The position numbers and the translations under genes were made by a program. From an uncultured virus (IMG/VR IMGVR_UViG_3300026518_000010) (taxonomy: Duplodnaviria; Heunggongvirae; Uroviricota; Caudoviricetes), in the IMG/VR virus record IMGVR_UViG_3300026518_000010: 64,000 nucleotides of DNA; one strand, 5' to 3'. This document shows, piece after piece, positions 9,257 to 18,896 of this stretch. The notes beneath the pieces were generated by a model, which was given only the letters and a program-made list of their open reading frames with translations, was not told the DNA's origin and did not search any database. How positions within the stretch are numbered: position 1 is the first letter of the stretch; every line of letters begins with the position of its first letter.

Positions 9257-9485
9257 AAAGTGACAGGTAACGGATGCCGCCGGATAGTTTTTTGTGTTGG
9301 GTCCAACTAACAACCCTCAAATAGTGACTTTTTTATGAGAGCGCCACCGCTAACTCCCCGGACATACGAGCCCTTTCACTACGACTATGTCATCTGGTCT
9401 TCCGTCGTATCGGATACTACACCGCTTGGTGAGCGACCTACTAAACCGCTATTCCATAATCTCCTTTCGCGTACTGGTAATACGC
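9257..9485 (-). ncRNA. Candidate GC-rich structured non-coding RNA
   Basis: About 230 nt, about half G+C in an AT-rich genome; multiple stems; ends in a hairpin plus long U-tract. Confidence 0.5.
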
Positions 9486-9881
9486 TTATTTTGTTTTGTA
9501 ATATGGCAAGTTTAATTTTCTTGCCAATTTTTTACATGTATCAACGCTACCACCCGCGATACCATTCCATCTACCTTCCGGTAGATTTAAGTACCACCAC
9601 TCTTTATAAGAGTGAAATGATACTTGCCCAAAACCTCGGATATCGAAATAAATGATATCCATACCCAAACCAAAATCAACACCGTAAGAAACTCTTACAA
9701 GTGTTGTTCTTCTTGCCGCTGCTATCGCTTGCGTGATATACTTATCTTTAACGGCGTATTTTTTCGCTAGCGCTTTTCTAGCATTATTGCTTTTAGCGCT
9801 AACATATCCTTTACCAGCATCAGATGCAACCTGTGCTAGTAAAATATACTTTATACATTCTTTAAAATGTTTACTAGCCAT
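9486..9881 (-). CDS. Basic hypothetical protein with IYFD...GQVSFH motif
   Basis: 131 aa, AAAGGAGG RBS, GC-richer than neighbours. Confidence 0.7.
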   Translation of the reverse strand: MASKHFKECIKYILLAQVASDAGKGYVSAKSNNARKALAKKYAVKDKYITQAIAAARRTTLVRVSYGVDFGLGMDIIYFDIRGFGQVSFHSYKEWWYLNLPEGRWNGIAGGSVDTCKKLARKLNLPYYKTK

Positions 9882-10017
9882 GTTGCCTCCTTTGCTAGTT
9901 TTTTTTTAATTAATTATTTAACTATATTTACAAAATAAACATAATTAAATAATCTGTTCTAATTTAGGAATATATAAATAAAAAAATTTATAAAAAAAGA
10001 AAAAAAATAAGACAGAA

Positions 10018-10446
10018 TTACTTCTGTCTTATTACGTATTTATCATATCCGTTAGAGTATACTCTATAATCAACATTGTTATTTCTATCTTTAATTCCTG
10101 TATCGTTAGAAACATTATATGGGTTAGAGATATCAATAATAATTCTTATACCACTAATTACAGTATTACCTATTTCTTTATAATCTAAAGTTACTTTAGA
10201 TACATAGGTATTTAAATAAACATTCATTCTTTTGCCCACCAATATTTTAACTGATGGGAAAATATAATCTTTAAATATAAATGGTAAATTACGTTTTAAA
10301 GAATATAAGCCAAATGCATTTACAAATTTTGTACCAGATTCATCTGCTATAAACAAATCTAATATTCCTCTATTTAAATCATCTACTATTTCTCTATCTA
10401 CTTTTTTAAATGGTTTAATAACACTATCATTAATTATAAATTTCAT
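10018..10446 (-). CDS. Hypothetical protein
   Basis: 142 aa, coupled to upstream ORF. Confidence 0.65.
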   Translation of the reverse strand: MKFIINDSVIKPFKKVDREIVDDLNRGILDLFIADESGTKFVNAFGLYSLKRNLPFIFKDYIFPSVKILVGKRMNVYLNTYVSKVTLDYKEIGNTVISGIRIIIDISNPYNVSNDTGIKDRNNNVDYRVYSNGYDKYVIRQK

Positions 10447-10790
10447 TCTTCAATCCTTTTTATTATATTATTTTTTTCTAATTCATTTAGTATGTTTTCT
10501 ATAAATTTTACAACTTCGTCAGATGGGTAAGATAAGTCGGTTCTGAATGTATCTAAAACTATATCATATACACCTTCTTCTTCACCAAGTACTGCAAGTA
10601 CTCCTTTCCAAGTATTAGGTTGTCCAAAAACTAGACAACCTACATTTTTAATTCCATATTCATTATTGAATATTTCAAAATACTCTTTCGGTAGTTTTCT
10701 TTTTGCTTCTTCTCTCATAGTTAATCTTAAACTACCTGCATTCATATCCGCTCTAACTGTCGCTATTATTTTTTTATTAAAGTATAACAT
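10443..10790 (-). CDS. Hypothetical protein
   Basis: 115 aa, AAGGAG RBS. Confidence 0.7.
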   Translation of the reverse strand: MLYFNKKIIATVRADMNAGSLRLTMREEAKRKLPKEYFEIFNNEYGIKNVGCLVFGQPNTWKGVLAVLGEEEGVYDIVLDTFRTDLSYPSDEVVKFIENILNELEKNNIIKRIEE

Positions 10791-10799
10791 CTTTTCTCC

Positions 10800-11840
10800 T
10801 TATTTTTGTTTCATTATTGCTTTAAATATTCTATCAGCATTAGTATATAATGCCTCTATTTCATCTGGTACATTAAATATAGTACCGTCTTTTAAATTAA
10901 GTAACCATTTCTTAGCTCTGTATAAATCATCTTCATTTATAAGATCTTTGAAATTCTTAAGTTTAAAATCATTTTTATGTACATCTATTAGAGGTATAAA
11001 TGAACCTATATAAGATAAAATATCTCTATCATCAGTTCCTACTTCTGTTAATGTAACACCTTTCATAATTCTTCTTAGTTTTTGAACTAGAAGATCAGTA
11101 TACATCGGGTCTTTTAAAACAAATCTTCTATTAAGCTTATTATAAGCTATGGCGATAGATTTTAATTCCGGAATATCTGTATAAGCTTTTGTATATCTAG
11201 CACTATTAAGTGCTTTTCTACCTTTATAGTCTACAAATATTAATCCATACTCATATTTAAATTTTATGTATGGATTATCTTCCCACATATCTCTTAAATT
11301 ATTAATACTATTTAACATAAGATATAACAACATATCTTCCTTCATATTTTTAGTATCTTTCTTAGAAAATGCCTTAATTTTGGGAAGCATATAACCGGTA
11401 ATAACGGTCTGTTCTTTCCCATATTTATTAAGTCTATTTAACTTAATATTAAATTTTTCTTCTGGAGAAAATTTAATATTCTCCATTTTTTCTAAACTAG
11501 TCCCTGTAAAAATACAAGGATTTTCATTTGACCCATAACTTCTACATTGTTCAGGTCTATATTCATAAATTCTACATTTATGATTTTCTTCATCGTAGAA
11601 TATACAAGTATTAGTTAATAATACTTTATCATTTTTTATATCGTTTCTTTTAGTTATAATGTATTTATTATATTCTTTTAAGAAAGATACTTTTACCTCA
11701 TTATTAACTTTACCTAAGTAATCTGATTTATAATTAAAATAAGCCAATTCATCTTCTCTCCACATAGGAGTCATTTCGCAGCAACTTAAATCCAGTTTAC
11801 CGCATAATTCGCATTTTTCTTTACACATTTCTTTACACAT
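10800..11840 (-). CDS. YkgJ/FliB-like CxxCxxCC cysteine-cluster protein
   Basis: CELCGKLDLSCC and CIFYD....CRIYEYRPEQCRSY motifs; start moved to ATG 11840 behind AAAGGAG. Confidence 0.78.
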   Translation of the reverse strand: MCKEMCKEKCELCGKLDLSCCEMTPMWREDELAYFNYKSDYLGKVNNEVKVSFLKEYNKYIITKRNDIKNDKVLLTNTCIFYDEENHKCRIYEYRPEQCRSYGSNENPCIFTGTSLEKMENIKFSPEEKFNIKLNRLNKYGKEQTVITGYMLPKIKAFSKKDTKNMKEDMLLYLMLNSINNLRDMWEDNPYIKFKYEYGLIFVDYKGRKALNSARYTKAYTDIPELKSIAIAYNKLNRRFVLKDPMYTDLLVQKLRRIMKGVTLTEVGTDDRDILSYIGSFIPLIDVHKNDFKLKNFKDLINEDDLYRAKKWLLNLKDGTIFNVPDEIEALYTNADRIFKAIMKQK

Positions 11841-11925
11841 AAGTGCTCCTTTAATTTGTTTATTCTTGCACTTTAGAAATATGATATTATAAATTATTAA
11901 AAACAAAAAATAACATAGAGAACCG

Positions 11926-12282
11926 TTAACGGCTCCCTATGTACGATATAACAATTAACCCAAACATTACACTATAACCAACTATTCTTAAACTCCAAGC
12001 TAGCATATATGTAGCAATTGCTTTAGGATCTCTTTTAATATTTTCTAAAAGTTTAGGATCATCTAAAAATTTAAAATATCTATCTGTAAAGAAATCTGTA
12101 ATTATCTCAACAACAGCCAAACCTAATGCAAACATTAACACTACTTGTAAACTTAAAAGTAATCCTGCCCCATACGGTAAATTACTTAAAATATTTGTAT
12201 CTGGGTCCATAGCTAACGTATACACAATAAACAATAATAAAATTATGAAAAATATCACAATTCTTTTAATACTTGTTTTCAT
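11926..12282 (-). CDS. Three-TM membrane protein, possible holin
   Basis: Three hydrophobic helices in 118 aa. Confidence 0.55.
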   Translation of the reverse strand: MKTSIKRIVIFFIILLLFIVYTLAMDPDTNILSNLPYGAGLLLSLQVVLMFALGLAVVEIITDFFTDRYFKFLDDPKLLENIKRDPKAIATYMLAWSLRIVGYSVMFGLIVISYIGSR

Positions 12283-12318
12283 TTTTAATTCCTTTCAATA
12301 TTATTTTCAATTTATCTT

Positions 12319-12534
12319 TTATAATAAATTAAGTTCATCTTTATTATTCTCTTTAAAATTAATTTCTTTTTTAAGAATATCTACTTCAGTTTCTAAAGTA
12401 CTAACTTTATTTTTTAAAGAATTAACTTCTTTTATTAATAACTCTATACGTTCATTATCTTTAACATTGTCTTCGACAGTTTTCTTAATATAAGTAGATT
12501 GTACCTCGTCTGTAAGTTTTTTATGTAAAGCCAT
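12319..12534 (-). CDS. Small coiled-coil protein
   Basis: Likely start MALHKK behind AAGGA; heptad-like pattern. Confidence 0.6.
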   Translation of the reverse strand: MALHKKLTDEVQSTYIKKTVEDNVKDNERIELLIKEVNSLKNKVSTLETEVDILKKEINFKENNKDELNLL

Positions 12535-12576
12535 TGTATATCCTTTATAAAAAAAAAATAACACTCAAACAAGGAT

Positions 12577-13125
12577 TTAATTATCCTTTAAATAATGTCT
12601 AAGCGCTACAATTTTATTTAAGATACGCTTAGCGTATCTCCAATTGGGTCTAGTCCCACCGTTATAATGAGCCCAAACCTCTTTCCAAGTTTTATACTTG
12701 GATTTTAATTTTTCAAGTTTAGCTATGGCGTACATTATACTATAATCGTCATTACACGCCAATTTAGTCGCTAGCCTCGATTTTAGATAACGGTTGTGTC
12801 TATTATAACCGTTATCTATCATATACCATTTCAAGTTTATCCCCATTACACCATAATCTCCAGTATCTGGGATAACTTTGTACACACCAAACATTGACTC
12901 TTCCCACGCTATTGCGGCGCAGGTTTTAGAAAGATCGTATCTAGCGCATCTTGCGTAGATGTATTGCAATCTTTCTCTTTGTACCGGCGTTAACCTTTCT
13001 AATTGTTTTCTATACTCTACATATAGACTTCTGTCTACCTTTACGATAGCTTTACTACCATAATCTCTGTACCCATTCCCCATTAAAAAAGATAAAAGGA
13101 AGAAGAAAGTTGTTATAACTCTCAT
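12577..13125 (-). CDS. Secreted lytic transglycosylase (SLT family)
   Basis: Hydrophobic N-terminus; AIAWEES, DYGVMGIN, HYNGG motifs. Confidence 0.8.
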   Translation of the reverse strand: MRVITTFFFLLSFLMGNGYRDYGSKAIVKVDRSLYVEYRKQLERLTPVQRERLQYIYARCARYDLSKTCAAIAWEESMFGVYKVIPDTGDYGVMGINLKWYMIDNGYNRHNRYLKSRLATKLACNDDYSIMYAIAKLEKLKSKYKTWKEVWAHYNGGTRPNWRYAKRILNKIVALRHYLKDN

Positions 13126-13367
13126 TTTACACCTCCTTTTTTAACAAGTATTGTTCTGAATACTTGTTCTAATTTTTCTTTAATTTTATCACAAGTCTCA
13201 CCTGCGATATTTGCAGGATAAATATATATTTTAATTATATTTTTATATACAGCGTATTTATCTATTTCTAGACCTAAGTCCGTGTAGCTAACAGTATTTA
13301 AAATACTATTTATTTCGCCAGGTGTTAATTTAATTCCTCTTCTGTCTATTCTAATCACGCATCTCAT
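13122..13367 (-). CDS. Hypothetical protein
   Basis: 81 aa, directly behind structured leader copy 2. Confidence 0.7.
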   Translation of the reverse strand: MRCVIRIDRRGIKLTPGEINSILNTVSYTDLGLEIDKYAVYKNIIKIYIYPANIAGETCDKIKEKLEQVFRTILVKKGGVK

Positions 13368-13465
13368 TTTGTCTCCTTAAAGACTGAATAGCGTTCATAA
13401 TTTTCCAACCGTAAAGGCGTACTCTGTTACTACTAACTATTTGAAATTATTTTTTTGCATTTTAG
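13368..13465 (-). promoter_or_regulatory. Conserved structured 5' leader, copy 2
   Basis: Near-identical to 54990-55087 and homologous to 5508-5606. Confidence 0.8.
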
Positions 13466-13515
13466 ACATATGTAATTATAAAAAAATATAAATCAATACT
13501 AACAGGAATATCCTA

Positions 13516-13755
13516 TTAGTATTTTGCGTCTTCTTTATTATCTAATGGTTTCACTGTTATTTTAAGATTATCTGTTTCAAGATTATTTAGTATATGGTAT
13601 ATAACGTCTTGTGTGTTTTTAAATTTATATTTTGGAACATAATAAGCTGGTCCTAATATTCCTGGATAATACATTTTAAAAAGTACTTCACTATTTTCAA
13701 AATATCTTTCAAATTCTATAAAAACTACTTTATCGTTTCTTTCATATTTTTGCAT
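13516..13755 (-). CDS. Hypothetical protein
   Basis: Likely start MQKYER behind AAAGGAG. Confidence 0.6.
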   Translation of the reverse strand: MQKYERNDKVVFIEFERYFENSEVLFKMYYPGILGPAYYVPKYKFKNTQDVIYHILNNLETDNLKITVKPLDNKEDAKY

Positions 13756-14062
13756 TATTTTCTCCTTTTTTAGATAAACTTTTAAATAAATCAACTATCC
13801 CAATGTTTCTAGCTGTTCTTTCTCCAAACCAAAACACTATAATAAATAGTTCTATATACAATACTTCCATTACAACATCTTTATCTGTATTCCCTATCTT
13901 ACCTAATAAATATGCACTAACTAATACTATAGTAAATATATGCCAACTGTATGTAACAATTGGTCTTATACTAGATTTAACTCTTAATATCCATTTAGGA
14001 GATATATTGTCAGTAGAACACTCAGCATCACAAACTTTATTAAGTTTAATTTCTTCATTCAT
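13742..14062 (-). CDS. Holin-like protein (GTA_holin_3TM-like)
   Basis: W....SIRPIVTY, two TM helices, FWFGER motif. Confidence 0.65.
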   Translation of the reverse strand: MNEEIKLNKVCDAECSTDNISPKWILRVKSSIRPIVTYSWHIFTIVLVSAYLLGKIGNTDKDVVMEVLYIELFIIVFWFGERTARNIGIVDLFKSLSKKGENNAKI

Positions 14063-15212
14063 TATTTTCCTCCAATCCGCTAAACATAGCGACTTTTTTA
14101 TTTTCTATTTCTACTACAGAATAATTAAATTTTAATTCTGTATTTTTAATATAATTGTCTAACAATTCTCTTATAGCTTTAGCAGTTTCTTTCGTTTGTG
14201 GTTGTACCCAAGATTTAAATATACTATCAAATGCTTCTCTTTCTAATAAGAAATGTCCCCATTGATAAGGATTATTTAACCACCCACCTATAATAAATGT
14301 TTTATATTCCATAAAGTTATACCATCTATCATATATCTCTTTTTTATAACCTAAGAATTTTAGAATTTCTCTAACAGTATCAATAGGGCATAATTTAAAG
14401 ACTTCTACTAAACTATCTAAATCATTAGCAGTAATAGAACTAATTATAATAACATCTAAATCTTCTTTATCACAGCAGTCTTTAAATTTATCCATAAATG
14501 CTAATCGTCTTTCTTTATCGTGGAAAGCATTATCCAATCTTTCTAAAATATCATTAGGTAACCAAATTTCATCTTCATCAACTACTCTACCAGATACCGC
14601 AACTTGAGATAATAATCCATGCGTTCTTAATTGCGCAAATACAAAATAAGGAACTTTAACTTCTACAATAAAGTAATTAAGCAATTCTGTAAATCTATTA
14701 AACGGAATATCCTCTTCATCTATACCAGCGTTAATTAATGCTCTAACATTAGTATAAATAGAAATAAGACCGTCAAACTCTTCAACTATATAAGAAAATT
14801 TACCTAGGCCATTAACAAATTCACTATAGTCTAACTCAATTGCTTTTTTATCTTTTAATTCTATTTCAACTACAACTACTTCTGTAAAATCTACTTTATT
14901 AGTTTTTATTTTACCTGTTAAAACTACTGGAGCATATTCTAAAGGTCTACCTGCAGTCTTCGATATATCTAATTTAGATTCTTCAAGTTCTAATAAATCG
15001 TAATAAGAAATATCAGGAGCAGCTTCTTTAAGTAGACGACTATATCTTTTTTCTGGATTATTAGAGTTATCTTTACCTCTTGAAATAGCCGCTATAGAAG
15101 TAACAGCGTTTACTCTATTTTCTCTAGATGTATTTATATTATAATACTTACATCCTAACTTATCTTCTATAGTTTTAACATAACCTTTATCCCATAACTT
15201 TACTTTCATCAT
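14055..15212 (-). CDS. thyX: Flavin-dependent thymidylate synthase, divergent
   Basis: KLWDKGYVK, AAISRG, RPLEY, VPYFVFAQLRTH...SGR, WGHFLLER..VQPQTKETAKAI follow the ThyX layout. Confidence 0.72.
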   Translation of the reverse strand: MMKVKLWDKGYVKTIEDKLGCKYYNINTSRENRVNAVTSIAAISRGKDNSNNPEKRYSRLLKEAAPDISYYDLLELEESKLDISKTAGRPLEYAPVVLTGKIKTNKVDFTEVVVVEIELKDKKAIELDYSEFVNGLGKFSYIVEEFDGLISIYTNVRALINAGIDEEDIPFNRFTELLNYFIVEVKVPYFVFAQLRTHGLLSQVAVSGRVVDEDEIWLPNDILERLDNAFHDKERRLAFMDKFKDCCDKEDLDVIIISSITANDLDSLVEVFKLCPIDTVREILKFLGYKKEIYDRWYNFMEYKTFIIGGWLNNPYQWGHFLLEREAFDSIFKSWVQPQTKETAKAIRELLDNYIKNTELKFNYSVVEIENKKVAMFSGLEENNE

Positions 15213-15691
15213 TTATCCTTTAATTTTATTTTTTTAGTAAGCCTGTAGCCGTTAACTTTCTTTCTACTAATAAGTAAATGATAGCCTTTATGGCTAATCA
15301 TTATTTTAGTTTTAAAATAAGCTTTATTAATATCACGTCCACACCTAAATACAACCATACCAAGTTTATATTTATCCTTTAAAATTACAAAATGCCCTAT
15401 ATCATTAACAACACCGTCCATATTCTTTTTAAAAAGATAATGATACCGTTTATCTATCATACATTTATTTTTAGCTTGCTTTTCTATAGATAATTTAGAT
15501 GTAGTACCAAATACTAAATTTAAAATAAATAACTTAAAAGAAGAAAATCTTTTAACAGTTAATTTAAAACTATACATAGTGTCGTAATATAATTTTTCAC
15601 CAGGAGTCATGCTTAAAAATACCAATCTTGGTTCTCTTTTAATAATATAATATCTTCCATTAGTAAATATAACAATATCTGGCTTTTTCAT
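15209..15691 (-). CDS. Basic hypothetical protein
   Basis: 160 aa within an operon. Confidence 0.6.
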   Translation of the reverse strand: MKKPDIVIFTNGRYYIIKREPRLVFLSMTPGEKLYYDTMYSFKLTVKRFSSFKLFILNLVFGTTSKLSIEKQAKNKCMIDKRYHYLFKKNMDGVVNDIGHFVILKDKYKLGMVVFRCGRDINKAYFKTKIMISHKGYHLLISRKKVNGYRLTKKIKLKDK

Positions 15692-15694
15692 TTT

Positions 15695-16354
15695 TTATTC
15701 TCTATGCATAAATCTTTTATTTATAAATCTGAAAATAGCTTCATTAACTTTATTAGGTTCTTTTAATGGATTTGATACATTAAGTCTACTAGACATTTTA
15801 TCTACAAAACAATTAAAACCTCTATTAAATTTTTCTTTATCTTTAGTTGTGTTAATAAATACTAAATCAGTTTCTATTTTAGGTACTTCATATTTAAATC
15901 CATTACTACCACAAATATCTAAATCACTTTCAATTTTAACAATTATGATATCATATTTATTTTTCTTAGCATAATCTTTAATAGTTTCAACTTCTATTAA
16001 AAATCTAGTATCTGATAAAATAATAAATTCTTTCTCACTTGTTTCTATTTTATTAACTATTGATCTAGCAAAAAAATTATCACCAAAAGTTTCTCTTAAT
16101 GCTGTCCCGACTACATTAAGTAATTTTCTATAAGACATTTTTTCTTTATTTATACCATTATCAATAACTAACCCGTCACCGTTATTCTTCTTCTTGTCTA
16201 ATGTTTCTAAATCTATATTAAATAACTTAGTTATAAACAATTTTAATTCATCAGCAAATCTAAATACATCAGCATCAAATATGTTTTTAAGTTTATTAGT
16301 AACATAATCTTTACCACATCTATCATATCCAGTTATTAAAATAATTTTCTTCAT
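15695..16354 (-). CDS. Deoxynucleoside monophosphate kinase (T4 gp1-like)
   Basis: P-loop ITGYDRCGKD, FADELK, R..L..VGT, ILSDTRF..E; start at MKKIIL. Confidence 0.85.
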   Translation of the reverse strand: MKKIILITGYDRCGKDYVTNKLKNIFDADVFRFADELKLFITKLFNIDLETLDKKKNNGDGLVIDNGINKEKMSYRKLLNVVGTALRETFGDNFFARSIVNKIETSEKEFIILSDTRFLIEVETIKDYAKKNKYDIIIVKIESDLDICGSNGFKYEVPKIETDLVFINTTKDKEKFNRGFNCFVDKMSSRLNVSNPLKEPNKVNEAIFRFINKRFMHRE

Positions 16355-16358
16355 TTTT

Positions 16359-16862
16359 TTATCCTTTTCTTTTAAAATATTTAAATAATGATTTATTAGT
16401 ACAATTAACATCTCTTAAATGGTTATGCATAAAAAAGTTTAAAGCTTCGGCTTTTGCAGCTAATTCATCGATTTCATTATTTACTTCTATTTCTGCAGCT
16501 ATGTATCTAACTTTATTAACAACTATTTCTTCTAAACACATTTTATATCTTTTTAAATCAATTACAGATATAATGTATTTATTAATTGTAAATACTTTAG
16601 AGTTATCTCTTAACTCTTCGAATATATCTTCGTATATACTAAAAGCTTCTTTCTTTGATTTCTCTCCTACTATATAATAATAACTATCGCTATTGTTATC
16701 TACCTTTTTTCTAATTCTTTCAATTTTAGGTAACCTATCCAATAAGAAATAATCATCCACGAACCAATCTTCACCATTATCATATTTTTCTTTTAATCTG
16801 TTAACTTCGTCTATGTTACTTAAATTTTCTTCTAATATAAATCTTAATTCTCTGTTACTCAT
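16359..16862 (-). CDS. CYTH-like (triphosphate tunnel metalloenzyme) protein
   Basis: N-terminal RELRF, RIRK, AEIEV and terminal NKSL pattern. Confidence 0.55.
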   Translation of the reverse strand: MSNRELRFILEENLSNIDEVNRLKEKYDNGEDWFVDDYFLLDRLPKIERIRKKVDNNSDSYYYIVGEKSKKEAFSIYEDIFEELRDNSKVFTINKYIISVIDLKRYKMCLEEIVVNKVRYIAAEIEVNNEIDELAAKAEALNFFMHNHLRDVNCTNKSLFKYFKRKG

Positions 16863-16888
16863 TGTTAACCCTTTCTTAGTTAATTATT

Positions 16889-17710
16889 TTAAAAAGAACT
16901 ATCTGAATATGAACTATTACTATCATAACTACTGTCGTGACCGCTATCGTGACTACTGTATGAAGAATTCGAATCAGATTGACTATTACTACTTGTATAA
17001 CCATGATGACTATTTACTGTAAATGAATCAGTAGAATCATCTTTTTGATTTACATCATTATTATATAATCTTCCGCTATTATTACTATTATCATTTACTG
17101 AATTATTTATAAGTGTAGGAATTAAAACATATAACAATGTATCATCTTCTTTTAAATAACTAATAATATTTTTATTATCAATTATTCTACTTTTTAATCT
17201 ATAATTAAAAGTTACTGCATCAAGATAACCATCCATCACCGTCTTTTTAATTTCGTTAGGAGTATTTACAATATCATTGTTATATTTATGATGTACAAAA
17301 AATCCAATATAATCATTACAAAATTTTTCATATTCTTTTGTATCTATTAAAAATAATCTCCATAAATCATCTACATAAGTATTTACAGCTTCTATAGTTT
17401 TATGATTTCTTTTTATATACTCGAAATGTAATCTTAATGTATCTTCAATAATTTTATATTCATTTACTGATAAACTACTTTCTTCTTTAATATAACTAGG
17501 AAATACATAATCAGCAATATTTTTAAGTCTTCTTCCTACTTTATTCGTCTCAATTGTTTTATCTATCTCTTTAATCTTTTTAGTAAGATTTTTTTTCATA
17601 TTTTTACATTCTGTTAATTCATAATTAAGATAAACTAATCTATTATTTAAACTATCAACTCTATCTTTCAATTCTTTAATTTCTATTTTATATTTATTAC
17701 AAAACATCAT
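16889..17710 (-). CDS. Glycine-rich-domain-containing (GRDP)-like protein with N-terminal coiled coil and Ser-rich tail
   Basis: VDDLWRLFLIDTKEYEKFC..IGFFVHH motif; S/D/H low-complexity C-terminus. Confidence 0.6.
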   Translation of the reverse strand: MMFCNKYKIEIKELKDRVDSLNNRLVYLNYELTECKNMKKNLTKKIKEIDKTIETNKVGRRLKNIADYVFPSYIKEESSLSVNEYKIIEDTLRLHFEYIKRNHKTIEAVNTYVDDLWRLFLIDTKEYEKFCNDYIGFFVHHKYNNDIVNTPNEIKKTVMDGYLDAVTFNYRLKSRIIDNKNIISYLKEDDTLLYVLIPTLINNSVNDNSNNSGRLYNNDVNQKDDSTDSFTVNSHHGYTSSNSQSDSNSSYSSHDSGHDSSYDSNSSYSDSSF

Positions 17711-18111
17711 TACTCCTTTATTATAAATTTTATATTGTAAACTTTTTCTAATAAAAGTAAACCTTTATTAAAATCCTTTTTTCTGTTATATGCAAATGCT
17801 GACATTAAATAACTATTGATATCTTCAAATGCCATATTGTCTTTATAGTAATAATCTATATCGACAATATTATTCCTATTAGGAATAAACAAAGGAATAT
17901 CAGAATCATATATAGACCATATAGATAGAATATATCTAATATATAAAATAAGATCATTTTTAAATATAGGCTTTCCATCGCTAGTTATATAAAAATTCCA
18001 AGCCCTAATCTTATCAAATATTAAGTTATCTTTCTTAAACATACTCGAATTAGTAAATCCTAAATATTCAATATTTTCCTGCCTATCATTCATTTCTAAA
18101 TAAACTTTCAT
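17710..18111 (-). CDS. Hypothetical protein
   Basis: 133 aa with RBS. Confidence 0.65.
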   Translation of the reverse strand: MKVYLEMNDRQENIEYLGFTNSSMFKKDNLIFDKIRAWNFYITSDGKPIFKNDLILYIRYILSIWSIYDSDIPLFIPNRNNIVDIDYYYKDNMAFEDINSYLMSAFAYNRKKDFNKGLLLLEKVYNIKFIIKE

Positions 18112-18206
18112 TATCTTTCCTTTAACTTAGTAATATTAGTGCATCTTAAAAACTAATCTACAAATTAAATTAAAAAAAAACAATATAAACACAGTATAGA
18201 CTGTGC

Positions 18207-18896
18207 TTATATCTGATGTCTCCCTATCTTTATTTTACCAGATAATTGTCTTGGATATTTAGGATATCTTTTCCAAATATCTCTATAAGTCTTTTCTCTG
18301 ACTATAGATAATTCAGGTATAATGTTTACTTTAACATTTTTTAAACTAAATTTCATAGCAGCCACACATCTGTTACCATATGCTCCAAACACATCAATTT
18401 GTCTTAAGGGTTTAAACATATTTACGTAGACATTAAAATATTTTAATATATTAACATCCCCTGCTCTTAAATAAATTATTTTATGGTTATATTTTCCCAT
18501 AAATAATTTAAATTCATTCATTTCTTTTTTAACATTTCTAATAGAACTAAAATCATATCTAAAAATACGAGATATTAATCGTTGTACTTTTTTACTATTC
18601 TTGTATCTATCAGATTCTATTAAAGTTAGTATTTTCTTATAATAGTCTATGTCGCTATACTTATTAATAAACCATTTATTAAAAATTATAGATTCTACAT
18701 ATTTGTAAAACTCTCTATTGTTATCGTAGATTTTTATTAATAATTTTAAATAATTTATTTTCATAACGTCAGAAACTTCTGGTAAAAATACATATACCCT
18801 GTTGTATTTTTTTATAGCATTTCTCCATTTACTCCACATATCTCTAGTATCGTCTATCCATATTGGATGCATTAATACAGCATATTTGTAATTCAT
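18207..18896 (-). CDS. Hypothetical protein
   Basis: 229 aa, AAAGGAG RBS. Confidence 0.7.
   Translation of the reverse strand: MNYKYAVLMHPIWIDDTRDMWSKWRNAIKKYNRVYVFLPEVSDVMKINYLKLLIKIYDNNREFYKYVESIIFNKWFINKYSDIDYYKKILTLIESDRYKNSKKVQRLISRIFRYDFSSIRNVKKEMNEFKLFMGKYNHKIIYLRAGDVNILKYFNVYVNMFKPLRQIDVFGAYGNRCVAAMKFSLKNVKVNIIPELSIVREKTYRDIWKRYPKYPRQLSGKIKIGRHQI

Noticed and set aside
9335..9655. 106-aa plus-strand ORF over the GC-rich element
   Set aside because: No RBS, overlaps a well-supported minus-strand gene; openness is explained by local GC richness.
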